64,000 nt of DNA from Octopus vulgaris (taxonomy: Eukaryota). The stretch covers positions 68,386,001-68,450,000 of the forward strand of contig OX597826.1 of assembly GCA_951406725.2 (NCBI GenBank), written 5' to 3'. The number at the start of each line of letters is the position of its first letter. Positions within the stretch are counted from its first letter, which is position 1. The notes beneath the pieces were generated by a model that saw nothing but the letters and a program-made list of their open reading frames with translations, was not told the DNA's origin and ran no database searches. Made by a program: the position numbers and the translations under genes. Shown one piece after another: positions 13,722 through 26,130 of this stretch.

Positions 13722-14147
13722 ATTCTTTATTCTCTTATTCCTATAATCATTTCATTCGTTTGACAGCGGCTATACCGGAGCAACACCTTCAAGGAACAAA
13801 TCGACCCAAAACTTATACTTTATAAGCCTAGCACTTATGCTATCGGTGTCCTTTGCTGAACTGCTAAGTTATGGGAACCTAAACACACCAGCATCAATTA
13901 TCAAGGGATGGTGGAGGGATAATCACAGACACACAGACACACAGATATAAATATATACATACACACACATATATAATATATACGACGGGCTTCTCTCAGT
14001 TTTCGTCTACGAAATCCACTCCCAAGTTTTTGGTCGACCGACCCAGGGATATATTAGAGGACACTTGCCCAGGGTACCACGCAGAGGATTGAAACCGTAA
14101 CCATGTGGTTGGGAAGCAAACTTCTTAGCACATAGCTATACACACGC
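13722..14147 (-). mobile_element. Family B SINE, full length, diverged
   Basis: Both halves are present around a central (CA/TA) tract; collinear with 18866-19267. Confidence 0.85.
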
Positions 14148-15222
14148 TCACACACACATATGTATATGACAGATTCCGACCACCAAATTCACTGATAAAA
14201 CGTTGGCTAGTCTGAGGCTATAGCGGAATGTATTTTTCCAAATTCCGCGCTGTTGCCCTGAACGGAAAATTCCGTCTTCGTAAGGGTAGAATCTAATGTT
14301 GCAAACACGGGGCCCTTAATCACACAACTATAAGTAACCAGGTGTGAATTTGCATGAGACTCTAAAGGGGTTAGAATTCGGTGCCAGGGAACTTGTCAAA
14401 CTGTTTACATAATTGATTTGGCTTGAATTTCAGGTCCTGGTTACATTTATGTAGCTTCACAGGAAACTGTGTGTGTATACGCCTATCTTGTCTGTCCTTG
14501 TGTATCTATACGTGCGTGCAGATGCGTTTGTGTGTGCATATACAATACATGTGTGTGTGTGTGCTTGGGTATTAGCCCACAACCTGGTGTTTCTCGAGTT
14601 GAACAATTGATATAAATGGCCAGCATTGTTTTAGTGAAAGCATATTCAGTTTAATAGAACAATGGTTGATTTGCCATGGAAATTTGTCTTTCATGTAAGA
14701 AGTTAAATGGTTTTTCCACTACATTTATAATACTCCGATATTTAATGCACTGTTCTACAGATATTCATATAATATGAATAATATATTTCGCAACTTAATT
14801 GTGTGACGTATAAGTTAATTCATGAATATTAAATAAAAACACAGAACGAAATGAAATGAAAGTGAAAGTTATGTTTCATTTGTAACTATTATCGTTAAGT
14901 ATACTTACACTTGTATCTTGCTGCTTTTTAATTCTTAAAATAATTCTTAATAATGAATGCAAAACTGTGTCAGTGGATGTGAAGCATACATGGAAATATA
15001 ATCATTATTAAAACCTGTGAAAACCGGCAAGCTTGGGGGAAAACCAACGCATTAAAATATTCGAATTGGTCAAATGTAAGGCAGTCAGTGATAATGACTT
15101 GACATTAGTTTCCACGAAACATAGTCGATATATGTGATTTGCACCGACTAATATACTGATATGCTTGGAGTGATATACTGTTCGATATATATGCAGTATA
15201 CCATTGGGAATTCTGGTTAATA

Positions 15223-16478
15223 CGAGTTGGTATCAAAAAGATACCGCACTGGTTATACTTAATTAAAATAAAGTTATTTACATATGTTTTAACATAATTT
15301 GCTCCGAAATCGTGACCTTACGACATCACTTTTGCATTCTGACCTGGAATTTGTTTTTCGTAAATGAGTCGAAGGCCTTCTGTATTTCGTTCTTTATCTC
15401 GACAACAGTGTTAAAACGGCAATCTTTGAGCTGCCTTTTCATTTTGGGGAAAAGATGGAAGTTCGCAGGTATCACCACTGGTGAACAGGGCGGGTGCAGA
15501 AGCAATGCCATGTTGTTTTCGGTGATAAACTCACGAGTGAAGGGAGCTCGGTGACAAGGTGCATTGTCCTCTTCAAAAACCTTATTCTTCGCGTTGCACA
15601 GATCCGGTTGCTGTTGTCGCTAGGTTGCTTTTGTCAAACGCCTCAAAACGTTGCAGTAGAACTCGCGATTGACGGTCTAGCCTAGTGGGACCAGTTCTCG
15701 ATGCGCATTATCACAGATGTCGAAAGAAAAAAAGGAGGTGCTCATGATTTATCTGCGGCTCTGTCGTGCACTCAACGGTCGTGGAGATGCAGAGCTTTTC
15801 CATTTTGACGACTGCTGCTTCATCTCAGGGTCTTACCCTTAGGCACAACTCTCGTCACCATTGATGATCCTCCACATGAATGGGACATCAGAGGAATGCT
15901 TATGCATATCTTGGAAGACTTCGACGCGATGTTCTTTCTGCTCAGTGGTCAGCAGGCAGAGACACGTTGTATGTTCAAACCCATATTACAACCAACAACA
16001 TAACCAACGTCGTTGATTGTCTTTCCACTGATCCTCGTGTAAGTGCAGAGGAATTTTCTTCACACTCCCGGAGTGTCTCCCGTGGCAGGTCTTTCGGATC
16101 GCTAATCGTCTTCGACGGACGCTCATTCGCCTTTGAAGACCCTGTGCTACTCGAATTATTGTGTACGACCCAAAGCCTCGTCACTGTAAGCTTGACTAAG
16201 CGTGCCTAATGTCTCTGTAGCAGACTTCTCAAGTTTAATATAAGACTTCACGTTGGCTCTTCGTTCTATCTTTCCGTCCACGCCGACATCAAAGACTACA
16301 GCATGTACATGATTACAAAACCACATATTTCACAACTTACGAAGTAAACACAACGGTGTCACAGAACGGCAGACTGTCTCATGGAGGGCACTGCTAGCTC
16401 TCACTGTGCATGTAAACGTGTGCTGCCATCTGTTGGCGTACCACTGAACTAATCCGGAAACTTTTTGATACAACCTCG
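15223..16478 (-). mobile_element. Near full-length mariner DNA transposon, transposase pseudogenised
   Basis: Imperfect ~32-bp TIRs (CGAGTTGGTATCAAAAAGATACCG and the rc of CCGGAAACTTTTTGATACAACCTCG), TA on the left flank, 1256 bp. Minus-strand motifs RIINGDES (~15850), EDNAPCH (~15560) and HPPCSP..PANFHLFPKMK match the DD34D domain. Confidence 0.92.
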
Positions 16479-16769
16479 CATCATGTCAGAACCTCTGATA
16501 AAATGATTTCTAATTTAAATTAGGAGTTTCCTAATTTTGAGCATTCTACATAATATTCGTCAAAAGCTGTGTTTGTCAACTATATTTTATCTATTGAACC
16601 CGTTAATTTGTATTCTATTCTGGTGGACGCCCTTAACCATTCGATACTTAAGAACTGATTCTATAGATACGATTTCCAAAACTTAGATATTATTCACATA
16701 TCAGCTAAATAAGTTGAACTATTTAAAATGTTTGAGAAAGAAATTTAGCTGTTTCTTGCAATACATACT

Positions 16770-18010
16770 TCTATATCATATTTTCATGAAACAAAATATT
16801 AGTGAATTTCCAATTTACTATTTCGCTTGCGTGGGCCTCACCAAAATCTTCTGTGGATGCCTGGCGGTCATATGCACACCTGTTGTGAATTGCTGGTCAA
16901 AAGCAACGCAGGAGTCCTCGAGATGTGGTCTTATAATCGAAACGGAATTATTTATCCTTAATGCATAGCGTACATAAAACTGAAGCATCTTCAATCGAAA
17001 TTACTCATCGTTGGGGATGAGAGGAATCCTAAGTTTAATTACGTTCTCTTCTTTGACACATTTACTAAAAGGTCCGAAATTTTGTGATTTAAGCTTTTTG
17101 TTCCTTTTTGTGCAGCCATTTTGATTCAATTCAGACCGCACGATTATTAAGGAACAGTTTTTTGACTGACATCTATGCGACTGTAGATCTGAAGATTCTA
17201 TCGGATATAAAAAATGTTTCAAACTTTCTTGGACAACGGCAGAGTCTACACTTTCTGAACTTGAGATTTTCCTGGAAGTGCCTGCAACATCTGTTTTTAA
17301 ATGCTGTAGAACGTAATATCTTTGAACGAAAGTACTGCTTTTTCATGCAATCACTTGATTGTCAGACAATGATGCTACAGTTTGAAAGCACATTTCAGAT
17401 CGATTTGTCTGCTGTCTTGACAACTGTACAAGTAGAGTTATATCTGTTATTTCTCTGACGCCATTATTCATAGAAGACAAGCTTCCTTCTACAACGTATA
17501 ACAAATGATTGACAACTGACCGTATAAGTCATCTCGAAAAAGACGGACACACGTATTTAAACAGTGTGAAAATTTAAATTTGGTCGAAAGAGATGAGAAC
17601 TTAAGGAAAATAAAGGTTTCATAGGCGTTTCTTCTAACTGGCAAAATTCTTTTACAGAACTTGCATTGTAACAGTTCTCTTACGATATTATCCCGAAGTG
17701 TTTGGTCAAGGGTCTCTAGTGCTCTAAAGTATAACATTTCATTATCATTCCGTACAATCAACAGGTGTCTCTGAGAAAGCTACTTGATTCTAGAATTTTT
17801 TGATGACTTTATAAATCCATTAGGCGTATAATTTGTATCACATCCCAAAGAAGTGTGTTAAACAATGAGTACTGCACAATCCTTCTGGGACGCATGTAAG
17901 AGCCACGCCTGAAGGAGCAACAACAACAATAGTAAAGCGTTTATGTAAGTTCATGCCCTTGAATTTATGTTGGGCTACGAAGGAGATCCTCCGGAATTTT
18001 GTTTTATTTG
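16770..18010 (-). pseudogene. Helitron Rep-Hel C-terminal PIF1-family helicase relic
   Basis: Collinear degenerate motifs: VVVAPSGVA..VPEG (AVASSGIAA.LLPGG), ALETLDQTLRD (ALEALDRTLRD), RILPVRR, SVDSA, LRIPLIPND.FRLKMLQFYVRYAL.INNS (PRIPLIPSD.PF..KRLQFPVRLAFAMTINKS) and TNILFHE. Confidence 0.85.
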
Positions 18011-18119
18011 TAGAGGCTTAGACGGACGACTAAATGGTGAGCATTTCCACATAGGTTCGTTTGCTTTTGTGTCGAGGTATCCTGGTTAGACTTAGAGAAG
18101 AAATTCAAACTTAAACAAT

Positions 18120-18550
18120 AGGTGCAGTAGTGGCTGTGTGGTAAGTAGCTTGCTTACGAACCACATGGTTCCGGGTTCAGTCCCACTGCGTGGCCGCTTG
18201 GGCAAGTGTCTTCTATTATAGCCTAGGGATGACCAAAGCCTTATGAGTGGATTTGGGAGGCAGAAACTGAAAGAAGCCCTCCGTATATATGTATATGTAT
18301 ATATATATATACATGTGTGTTTGTGTGCCTGTCTTTGTCCCTCCGCCCCCAACATCGCTTGACAACCGATGCTGGTGTGTTTACGTCCCCGTAACTTAGC
18401 GGTTTGGCAAAAGAGACCGATAGAAAAAATGTGTGTAGTGGCTACCGATCTAACATATATACAAAGAATAAGTCCTGGGGTTGATTTGCTCGACTAAAGT
18501 TGGTGCTCCAGCATGGCCGCAGTCAATTGACTGAAACAAGTAAAAGAGTA
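18120..18550 (+). mobile_element. Family B SINE, full length
   Basis: tRNA-like head TGGCTGTGTGG...GGTTCAGTCCC, central (TA)(TG) tract, 3' hairpin CAGTCAATTGACTG and a GTAAAAGAGTA tail. Confidence 0.93.
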
Positions 18551-18865
18551 ATCTCTCCTCAGTTACAACGTTATCAAATTCATATCATAAATAGAGATAT
18601 ACGTCTGATTTAGCTATTTTACGTGAGTATTAAAATTACAGAGTCCAGTTGATAGCCTGGAGATGTTAGATGTCTCTCCTGTTAAGTCGAATTGTTATAT
18701 TGATGAAGATGTTGCAGATGTTGCATTTGATTGATTTCGTTTTGAACCGTACAGGATGTCCAGATTGAAAGACTGGGCCATCGCCACTTTTCACATTATA
18801 TTGCACACGACCGTCATTTGTGGTGGTGTTGGTTGTGTCCCTATTTTCCTTGATTGTGAGGGGGA

Positions 18866-19267
18866 TACTCTTTTACTTGTTTCGGTCATTTGACTGTAGC
18901 CATGCTGGAGCACCACCTTTAGTCGAGCAAATCAACCCCTGGACTTATTGTTTGTAAACCTAGTACTTATTCTATTGGTCTATTTTGTCGAACCGCTAAG
19001 TTACGGAGACGTAAACACACCAGCATCGATTGTCAAGCGACGTTGGGGGGGACAAAGACAGGCACACAAACACAACATATATATATATACATATACATAT
19101 ATACGACGGGCTTCTTTCAGTTTCCGTCTACCAAATCCACTCAGAAGGCTTTGGTCAGCCCGAGGCTATAGTAGAAGACACTTGCCCAAAGTGCCACGCA
19201 GTGGGACTGAACCCGGAACCATGTGGTTGGTAAACAAGCTACTTACCACACAGCGACTCCTACGCCT
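18866..19267 (-). mobile_element. Family B SINE, full length
   Basis: Reverse complement of 18120-18550. Confidence 0.93.
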
Positions 19268-19767
19268 ATATGTAATGGTGGATTTACATAATTTCATTCT
19301 TGTTGTTTACCGCTACTTCAGTTGTGATAACGCACAGTCATGATCAAGGACCGTCATTATATATTTGAGACACACTGTATTGTGTGTTTCAACGTATAAC
19401 GTATCCATCCATTTTAAAGACAAGTGTGTAATTGAAAAAATAATTTTGCTAGTCGACATAGAGATACATCAGTGTAGATTGTGTCACTGCAATTAGCTTC
19501 TCCTATTTGCTGTACTTGTTTTCAGATTGAGCAGATGTACCATCGCAGTGAATTATTTCTCGACGTCTTTGTTCTTTCAAAGATAGGTGTCGAGAACTAT
19601 ATAGTACAACATGATCGTCCATTTTTAAAACGCGCGACTGTGAATGAAGGGAGATTTAACAATTATTTTTAGCATATCGAAAGATAGGAAAAAGTCCCAC
19701 TCCTACTCTTGTTATCAGTGGTGACGTGGTAATGGTGTTGTGATAATGGGGTAGTAATGGCATTAGT

Positions 19768-20092
19768 GGAGGCGCAATGGCCCATGGTTAGGGCAGCGGA
19801 CTCGCGGTCGAAGGATCGCAATTTCGATTCTCAGGATCGCAATTTCGATTGTGTGTGTTTATTGAGCGAAAACACCTAAAAGCTCCACGAGGCTCCGGCA
19901 GGGGGTAGTGGCGACCCCTGTTGCATTCTTTCGCCACAACATTATCTCACTCTCTCTTCCTGTTTCTTGAGTAACATTGTGATGGTCTGGCGTCACGTCC
20001 AGCTAGGGAGAACACATACACCACAGAAACAGGGAAATCAGGGCCATGAGCCTGGCTAGGCTTGAAAAGCGCGAAGTTAATCGTTTTTAGTT
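19768..20092 (+). mobile_element. Family D SINE, tail 2
   Basis: GGAGGCGCAATGGCCCATGGTTAGGGCAGCGGAC head. TSD TAATGGCATTAGT at 19755-19767 and 20093-20105. Confidence 0.93.
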
Positions 20093-21047
20093 TAATGGCA
20101 TTAGTGGTATAAAGTGTATCTGTAGCTATTGTGGTAGTAGTAAGATTATGATGCTGGTAGTGGTGGCGGAGGTGGCGATAATTCTGGTGATGTGAGTAAT
20201 GGTGGTAGTAGTGGTAGGAAAGGTTGTAATGACACTAGTAGTAGCGGTAGTAGGGGTTATAATGGTGGTGATGTTAGTGGGGGAGATGGTGACACACCAT
20301 GTGGTGGTAATGGTGGCGAATTTACCAATAGCGGCATGAATAATAATCGTAGTGGTAGTAATGTCGATACAAAAGCTGGAAGAGGTGGTTGCGATAATGG
20401 TACTGGTAATGGTAGCGATATACTGATAATGGTAGGAATTGTCGGTTATGGATGTAGTTGTGTTCGTAGAAATGGCGGTGTTGGTGGTGGTGGTGTTGGC
20501 CGTCGTCGTCGTCGTTGTCGTTGTCGTTGTCGTCGTCGCTGTGGTGGTTTTAACAGAGGTGTCTGTGAGCGTTAGTAGCTTGAAAAATGGCGGATGTAGC
20601 GTTGGCGATAATGGCGGCGTTTTTTTTTTTAGCGGCGGAAACGTATATAAGGTTCTGTAATAGTCAGGATGATGGGGTTGGCGGTGAAATTGCTGCTGTT
20701 GGTGATGGTGGTGGAGATGATGGCGTACTGGATGTGCGGGTGATAGTGCTGACAGCGTCACTGATGGAAGCAAGGCTGAGGGTGGTGCTGATGGGGGTAC
20801 GATAGTGTCGGTGCGTCAAGGTTTTGCAAAGTGATAACGTTCATAATAACATTCTCCTCATGCAACGTGCTGTGGGTTCAGGGATAATTGCAGCTATTTT
20901 ACGGGATGCATCCGTAGCATTTGGTGCATTACATGCTTTTTCACATTTATAGCTTTTATAACCGTTATTGTGAAAAATGCAAAAAAACTCTAAAAAATGT
21001 TATACGTTCACGGATTTTGCATAAGTGTGTGCACGTAAATGTGGCAG

Positions 21048-21186
<139 letters not shown>

Positions 21187-21263
21187 GTATATCTATATAT
21201 GTGTGTGAGTGAATATATATGTATGCATGCATGTATGTACCTATGTGTGTGCATAAATGTATG

Positions 21264-21315
<52 letters not shown>

Positions 21316-21624
21316 GTATGTATGCATGTATGTATGCATGCATGTATGTATGTATGTATGTATGTATGTATGTATGTATGTATGTATGCAGCTATCTATC
21401 TACGTATCTATCTATCTATCCATCTATCTATCTACGTATCTATCTATCTATCTATCCATCTATCTATCTATCTATTTTCATTCTATGGATATTACGATTT
21501 TGTGAAATGTATATTTATGTGTCTGCGCATGCATAAGGTGTAAGGAGGTGCGCATTTACAAATTTACATGGAGAGTTTGAGTGCGTGTGAGTGAAAATCA
21601 TTCTATAAAATATGTGTATATATG

Positions 21625-21647
<23 letters not shown>

Positions 21648-21656
<9 letters not shown>

Positions 21657-21858
21657 TAAGGGTAGAAATTGATATTTATCAATTAAGACCAGTGGTCTAG
21701 CATATTAAAAAAGAATCCGAAGATTAAAATATTTATATATACCAATTAAGGACTGAACACGAAAAGTGGACAGTAACATCTAGATATAGACGTCAAATCG
21801 TCATTCACCACAAAAGATTATGTTCTCAGATCATCTGAGAACATAATCTTTTGTGGTG
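21648..21858. repeat. Fold-back mini-element between (TA)n and (TG)n
   Basis: Perfect 26-bp arms at 21806-21831 and 21833-21858 (CACCACAAAAGATTATGTTCTCAGAT-C-rc) at the end of ~160 bp of unique sequence. Confidence 0.85.
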
Positions 21859-22294
21859 CGTGTGTGTGCGTATGTGTGTGTATTTCACACATGCGTACTT
21901 AAGTGTAAATCCCATACAGACGCACGTATATATATATATACAAATATTTACGGATATGTATATGTGTATATAACATATACGTATATGTATGTGCTCCCGC
22001 GTATGTGTTTCTGTGTCAGTGTACAATTCACATCCACACCACCTTCAAAAGCATTGGTCTGATATGTCACAACCTCGTAAAATGCCTTAAAGTGTAACCC
22101 ACATTGCCAATTTGCCACATATTTGTAGGTTATAATATAATCACTTATGCACTATGTCCAATTGCGCATGCGTACACATTCAAACGCTCTGCTCACAGAG
22201 ACAGGCACTTTTACATGCATGCATGTATGCGTGCGCACTTGTATTTGTTTGTGTATGTGGGTTTATTTGGTTGTATGTTTGCGTCTGTGTGTGT

Positions 22295-22342
<48 letters not shown>

Positions 22343-22435
22343 GTGTGTGTGTGTGCATAAAGTAGTGAGGAAACGCAGGCAATTTGGCAAGTCATGACCA
22401 GGACATTTAATTCTTACCATACAGCTATTCGTGCG

Positions 22436-22509
<74 letters not shown>

Positions 22510-22680
22510 TATAGAAGGCAAAAATACAAAGTGTATTAGAAGGAGTTCAGGAAAATAAAAAGGAAATATCGTTTATGTTTCGAGCATACGCTCTTCTACT
22601 TAAAAAAAAAAGACGAAGAGAGAAAGGAAAATGGAAAGAGACAAGAACACAATTGTCTCAGTTAGACGGTTACCAAATGT
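22510..22680 (-). mobile_element. Copy of the 7143-7305 repeat (hammerhead-like motif)
   Basis: Minus strand reads GTAGAA-GAGC-GTAT-GCTC-GAAAC-ATA, then ...CTAATACA...; ends at (TA)n. Confidence 0.55.
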
Positions 22681-23414
22681 ATATATGTAAACAGACATAC
22701 ACATATATGTGTAAGCACGCACACACATATATACACATGCAATATTTATAAATGCACACCATGTTTGATTACGCCCGCAGTTGTGCAAATGCATTTTCAT
22801 CCTATATCTGTATGTGTGTGTGTGTAGATATATGAGTACATTTGTATGTATATATATATATATATTTATTTATATATAAATGTATGTGTGCGTGTGTGTG
22901 CATTTGCGTGCTTCCATATTTGTATACACACACATATGCAGAAAAGCACATATGTACACGCTCACGCTCTCTCCTACTCTCCCTCTTACAACACATACAC
23001 ACATACTTTATCACTTTCTGACAAGAAATGAGGACCTCGTCAGATTTACCCGTTACATGTTCCCAGTCCTTTTATTGACGTGTTGTTAGGGTGCGGTTAG
23101 CTAAATCCGTTAATGAACATTCGACGAGGAAATCAAAACGAATTCAATAATGGTAATAATCTGTATGGTGAAAGCTTCATCACTGTTACAGATTCACTGA
23201 GAATTCGGTGTCGTTTCTTACTCGATAAAGTATTACAGTACGCATTACAACACTCAAATACGACGCCATTCTTTGCATACATTAAAACTATACAGCGTAC
23301 TGAATTATCTCACACTGGGTGAAAGCCCAGAGAATAGCTTATGCGCAAACCTTAATATACGCCATCTCCTGCTGGTATGGTGTACAGCTTTGTTTCTTTG
23401 CATTATATTGTTAC

Positions 23415-23704
23415 TGTGTAGGCGCAGGGGTTAGGGCAGCGGTTTCGATTCCCAGACCGGGCGTTGTGTATGTTTGTTGAGCAAAAACAGCTAAAGCTCC
23501 ACGAGGCTACGGCAGCGGGTATTGGCGACCCCTGTTGTACTCTTTCGCCCCAACTTTCTCTCACTCTTTCTTCCTGTTTCTTGGGTAACGCTGCGATGGA
23601 TTGGCGTCCCGTTCAGCTGGGGGGGGGGGACACATACTCCACAGAAACCGGGAAACCGGGCCCATGAACCTGGCTAGGCTTGAAAAGGGCGCATAAATAA
23701 AATA
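23415..23704 (+). mobile_element. Family D SINE, tail 2
   Basis: Homologous to 19768-20092. TSD CATTATATTGTTAC at 23401-23414 and 23705-23718. Confidence 0.92.
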
Positions 23705-23925
23705 CATTATATTGTTACAGACATGTTTTCATAATATATTTTCCAACTTCCATTCAATTTCATCAGTTTGCTTTTCATAATTTTGCTTTTCAACTTTTGC
23801 CGTCATATATTTCATGATATTTGAAAGTATTGCTTCTACCAAGAATTAATAATCCATTGTTTAGGCCCAGGTATAAAAGCTTTGCTCTGTTAACGTTTCT
23901 CATTCTGTTTCTCAGACACACGCAA

Positions 23926-23981
<56 letters not shown>

Positions 23982-24176
23982 CGTATCCTCCCGGAGGGAA
24001 AAAATGGGAAATAGCCCACTAGTAGATGCTCTCAACCGCATTTTCGCGAATGTGTTAACATTGTTCATTCTTTATTTGCAAGAACGAATAGACTGTGTAA
24101 TATTTAAATAATAATAAATAAATGCACACACACACACCGACACACACAAACACGTGAACACGCACATACACACATA

Positions 24177-24402
24177 CGAGGGCCTGTGGAAAAGTAGCTG
24201 GCTTTGGCTAAAAGAATATAGTTAATTATGATTGCATTCAAAATATTCTCCTCTCAGACACACGCAAACACACACACACACACACACACACTACAACACT
24301 CCTGCAGTTTTTCTAAACACTGTAAAAGAACTCGGAATTTTGAGCCTCTAACCAGGCCCTTTGCGACACCCTTAAAACCAGGAACTATTCAGCACCTCTC
24401 CG
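24177..24402. mobile_element. Mariner-derived MITE
   Basis: TA-flanked imperfect TIRs (CGAGGGCCTGTGGAAAAGTAGCTGGCTTT and the rc of AAAACCAGGAACTATTCAGCACCTCTCCG). The minus-strand interior encodes LEKLQE...LRGEYFE, a transposase C-terminus. Confidence 0.8.
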
Positions 24403-24757
24403 TATATATATAAATATATATGTATATATATACGGACAATTTTTCGCTGTTAATAAAATATGTAATTTTACTCACATAACATATATCTGTAGTTCTTCAG
24501 CCGAAACCGTCCAGAATACAATCTACTCCACCGCACGCTAGATTTCACCATAACGATAAACACACGTGCGGTCAAGTCGATTGCATTCGCTGTTATAATT
24601 CAAGTGCCCCTGCCACGGCCCGCCAAAATTCACAGAAACAGATACTACATCCAAATTAAATGTAGCATAATTACAATCAACTAATAAGGGTGAAAAATTG
24701 GATACTAATTTAATAGTACATCCATTTAACACCAAGTGGCTTAGTGCATAAAAAACC

Positions 24758-24807
<50 letters not shown>

Positions 24808-24814
<7 letters not shown>

Positions 24815-25068
24815 ATATTAATTAGAGACAAAACCACTATTATGCAAATCAAACAAAGAAAGACATAATCCAATACATAAAAAAATTATATAAATTAAAT
24901 ATCTTAATTATATTTAATTTATATAAACATTTTTATGTATTGGATTAAGTATTTCTTTGTTTGATTTGCATAATATATTAATATTATATTATATTTTACT
25001 ATAAAATTGGATTCAATCCTAATTCTGATTTTTCCCTGTAAATTTGGATTTATTCCCTAATATTTATT
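24808..25068. repeat. Fold-back mini-element in (TA)n
   Basis: About 65-bp inverted arms spanning 24838-24975, an outer pair TAATATAATATTAAT/ATTAATATTATATTA, and a ~75-bp one-sided extension. Confidence 0.85.
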
Positions 25069-25082
25069 ATATATATATATTA

Positions 25083-25257
25083 AGGCTGTGCGCTGGTAGA
25101 TACACAGATACGTTAGCACGCCACGCAAAGTATTAGCGGCATTTCGGCCGTCTTATCGTTCCGAGTTCAAATTACACCGAGGCCAACTTTGCCTTTCATC
25201 CTTTCGGGCTGTTGTAGACTACCCTGAAATTGTTCACCTTGTACCAAAAATTGAAAC
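25083..25257 (+). mobile_element. Family C SINE, internally deleted
   Basis: Head GTTCCGAGTTCAAATT, CTTTGCCTTTCATCCTTTCGGG and tail CCTTGTACCAAAAATTGAAAC. Confidence 0.8.
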
Positions 25258-25284
25258 ATATATATATATGTACACACAAATTGA

Positions 25285-25373
25285 TATTTCTTATCGTTTC
25301 ACTTCGTTAGATATATTTCTTATCGTTTCACTTCGTTAGAAAAATTTCTTATCGTTTCACTTCGCTAGAAAAA
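25285..25373. repeat. Tandem repeat, 3 copies of ~29 bp
   Basis: Unit ATTTCTTATCGTTTCACTTCG(T/C)TAGA(T/A)A. Confidence 0.92.
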
Positions 25374-26130
25374 TTACAACAAGAAAAGAAATATAAGGCT
25401 TACTTTGCAAATGGGCACCAAATCTACTTACCTGACGGCCTATATATCTAAGGTGAGAATACTCTGAGAAACCTTAATGTGACAATATTCGCTGGTGCTA
25501 TTTCGAACAATCTCTGTCTGTTTCTCTCAGAATTAAGGCTTATAGGATATAATTCTGCATCTTCCTTTGCGTATGTGTGTGTCTTATTGATTGAAATGAA
25601 TATACTTTTGCATTCATTGAAAGTATATTCGTTAAACCTGTTAAAACCGCTAGGCAAACATCATCTTAGAAGTTACAGTTAAATGAATTCTATATAGACC
25701 TCAAAATTAAATTTTGTTCTCAACCAAAAATGTTTCTATATTTCTATGTTTATTAAAAAATATCAAATTTTAGAAATTTTAAAACGGCATTTCTCAGTTT
25801 ATATTTCTTAATGAAAAATATAAGCGTTAAAATATAATAAACTCGAAATGAATAGAAATGTATTTCAGTCGAATGAGTATTCAAAACATTTCTTTTAAGT
25901 TTAAAACAAAAATACTTTTCGCAAATGGTGAACAGCAATTTTAATAAGTTTTCTTGTAAAAATAATTTCACCTAACATATACCATGCCACCAAGATCTTA
26001 TGCACAGAATTAAGAATAAACAAAATCAGTTCAACAAATTAATAATCCATGTAAGGAATGGGCCTGCAGTAGAAGTTATAAGTGAAATTATTGTATACCA
26101 TTCCTATAGCATTGTTCATGATTTCAAAAA

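Noticed and set aside
18948-19343. Recurring peptides such as RRASFSFRLPNPL...GTEPGTMW in several ORFs
   Set aside because: They are antisense translations of family B SINE copies, not a protein family.
25285-25373. Three ~29-bp repeats resembling a CRISPR array
   Set aside because: The units are directly adjacent with no unique spacers, there are no cas genes, and the context is eukaryotic; a simple tandem duplication.
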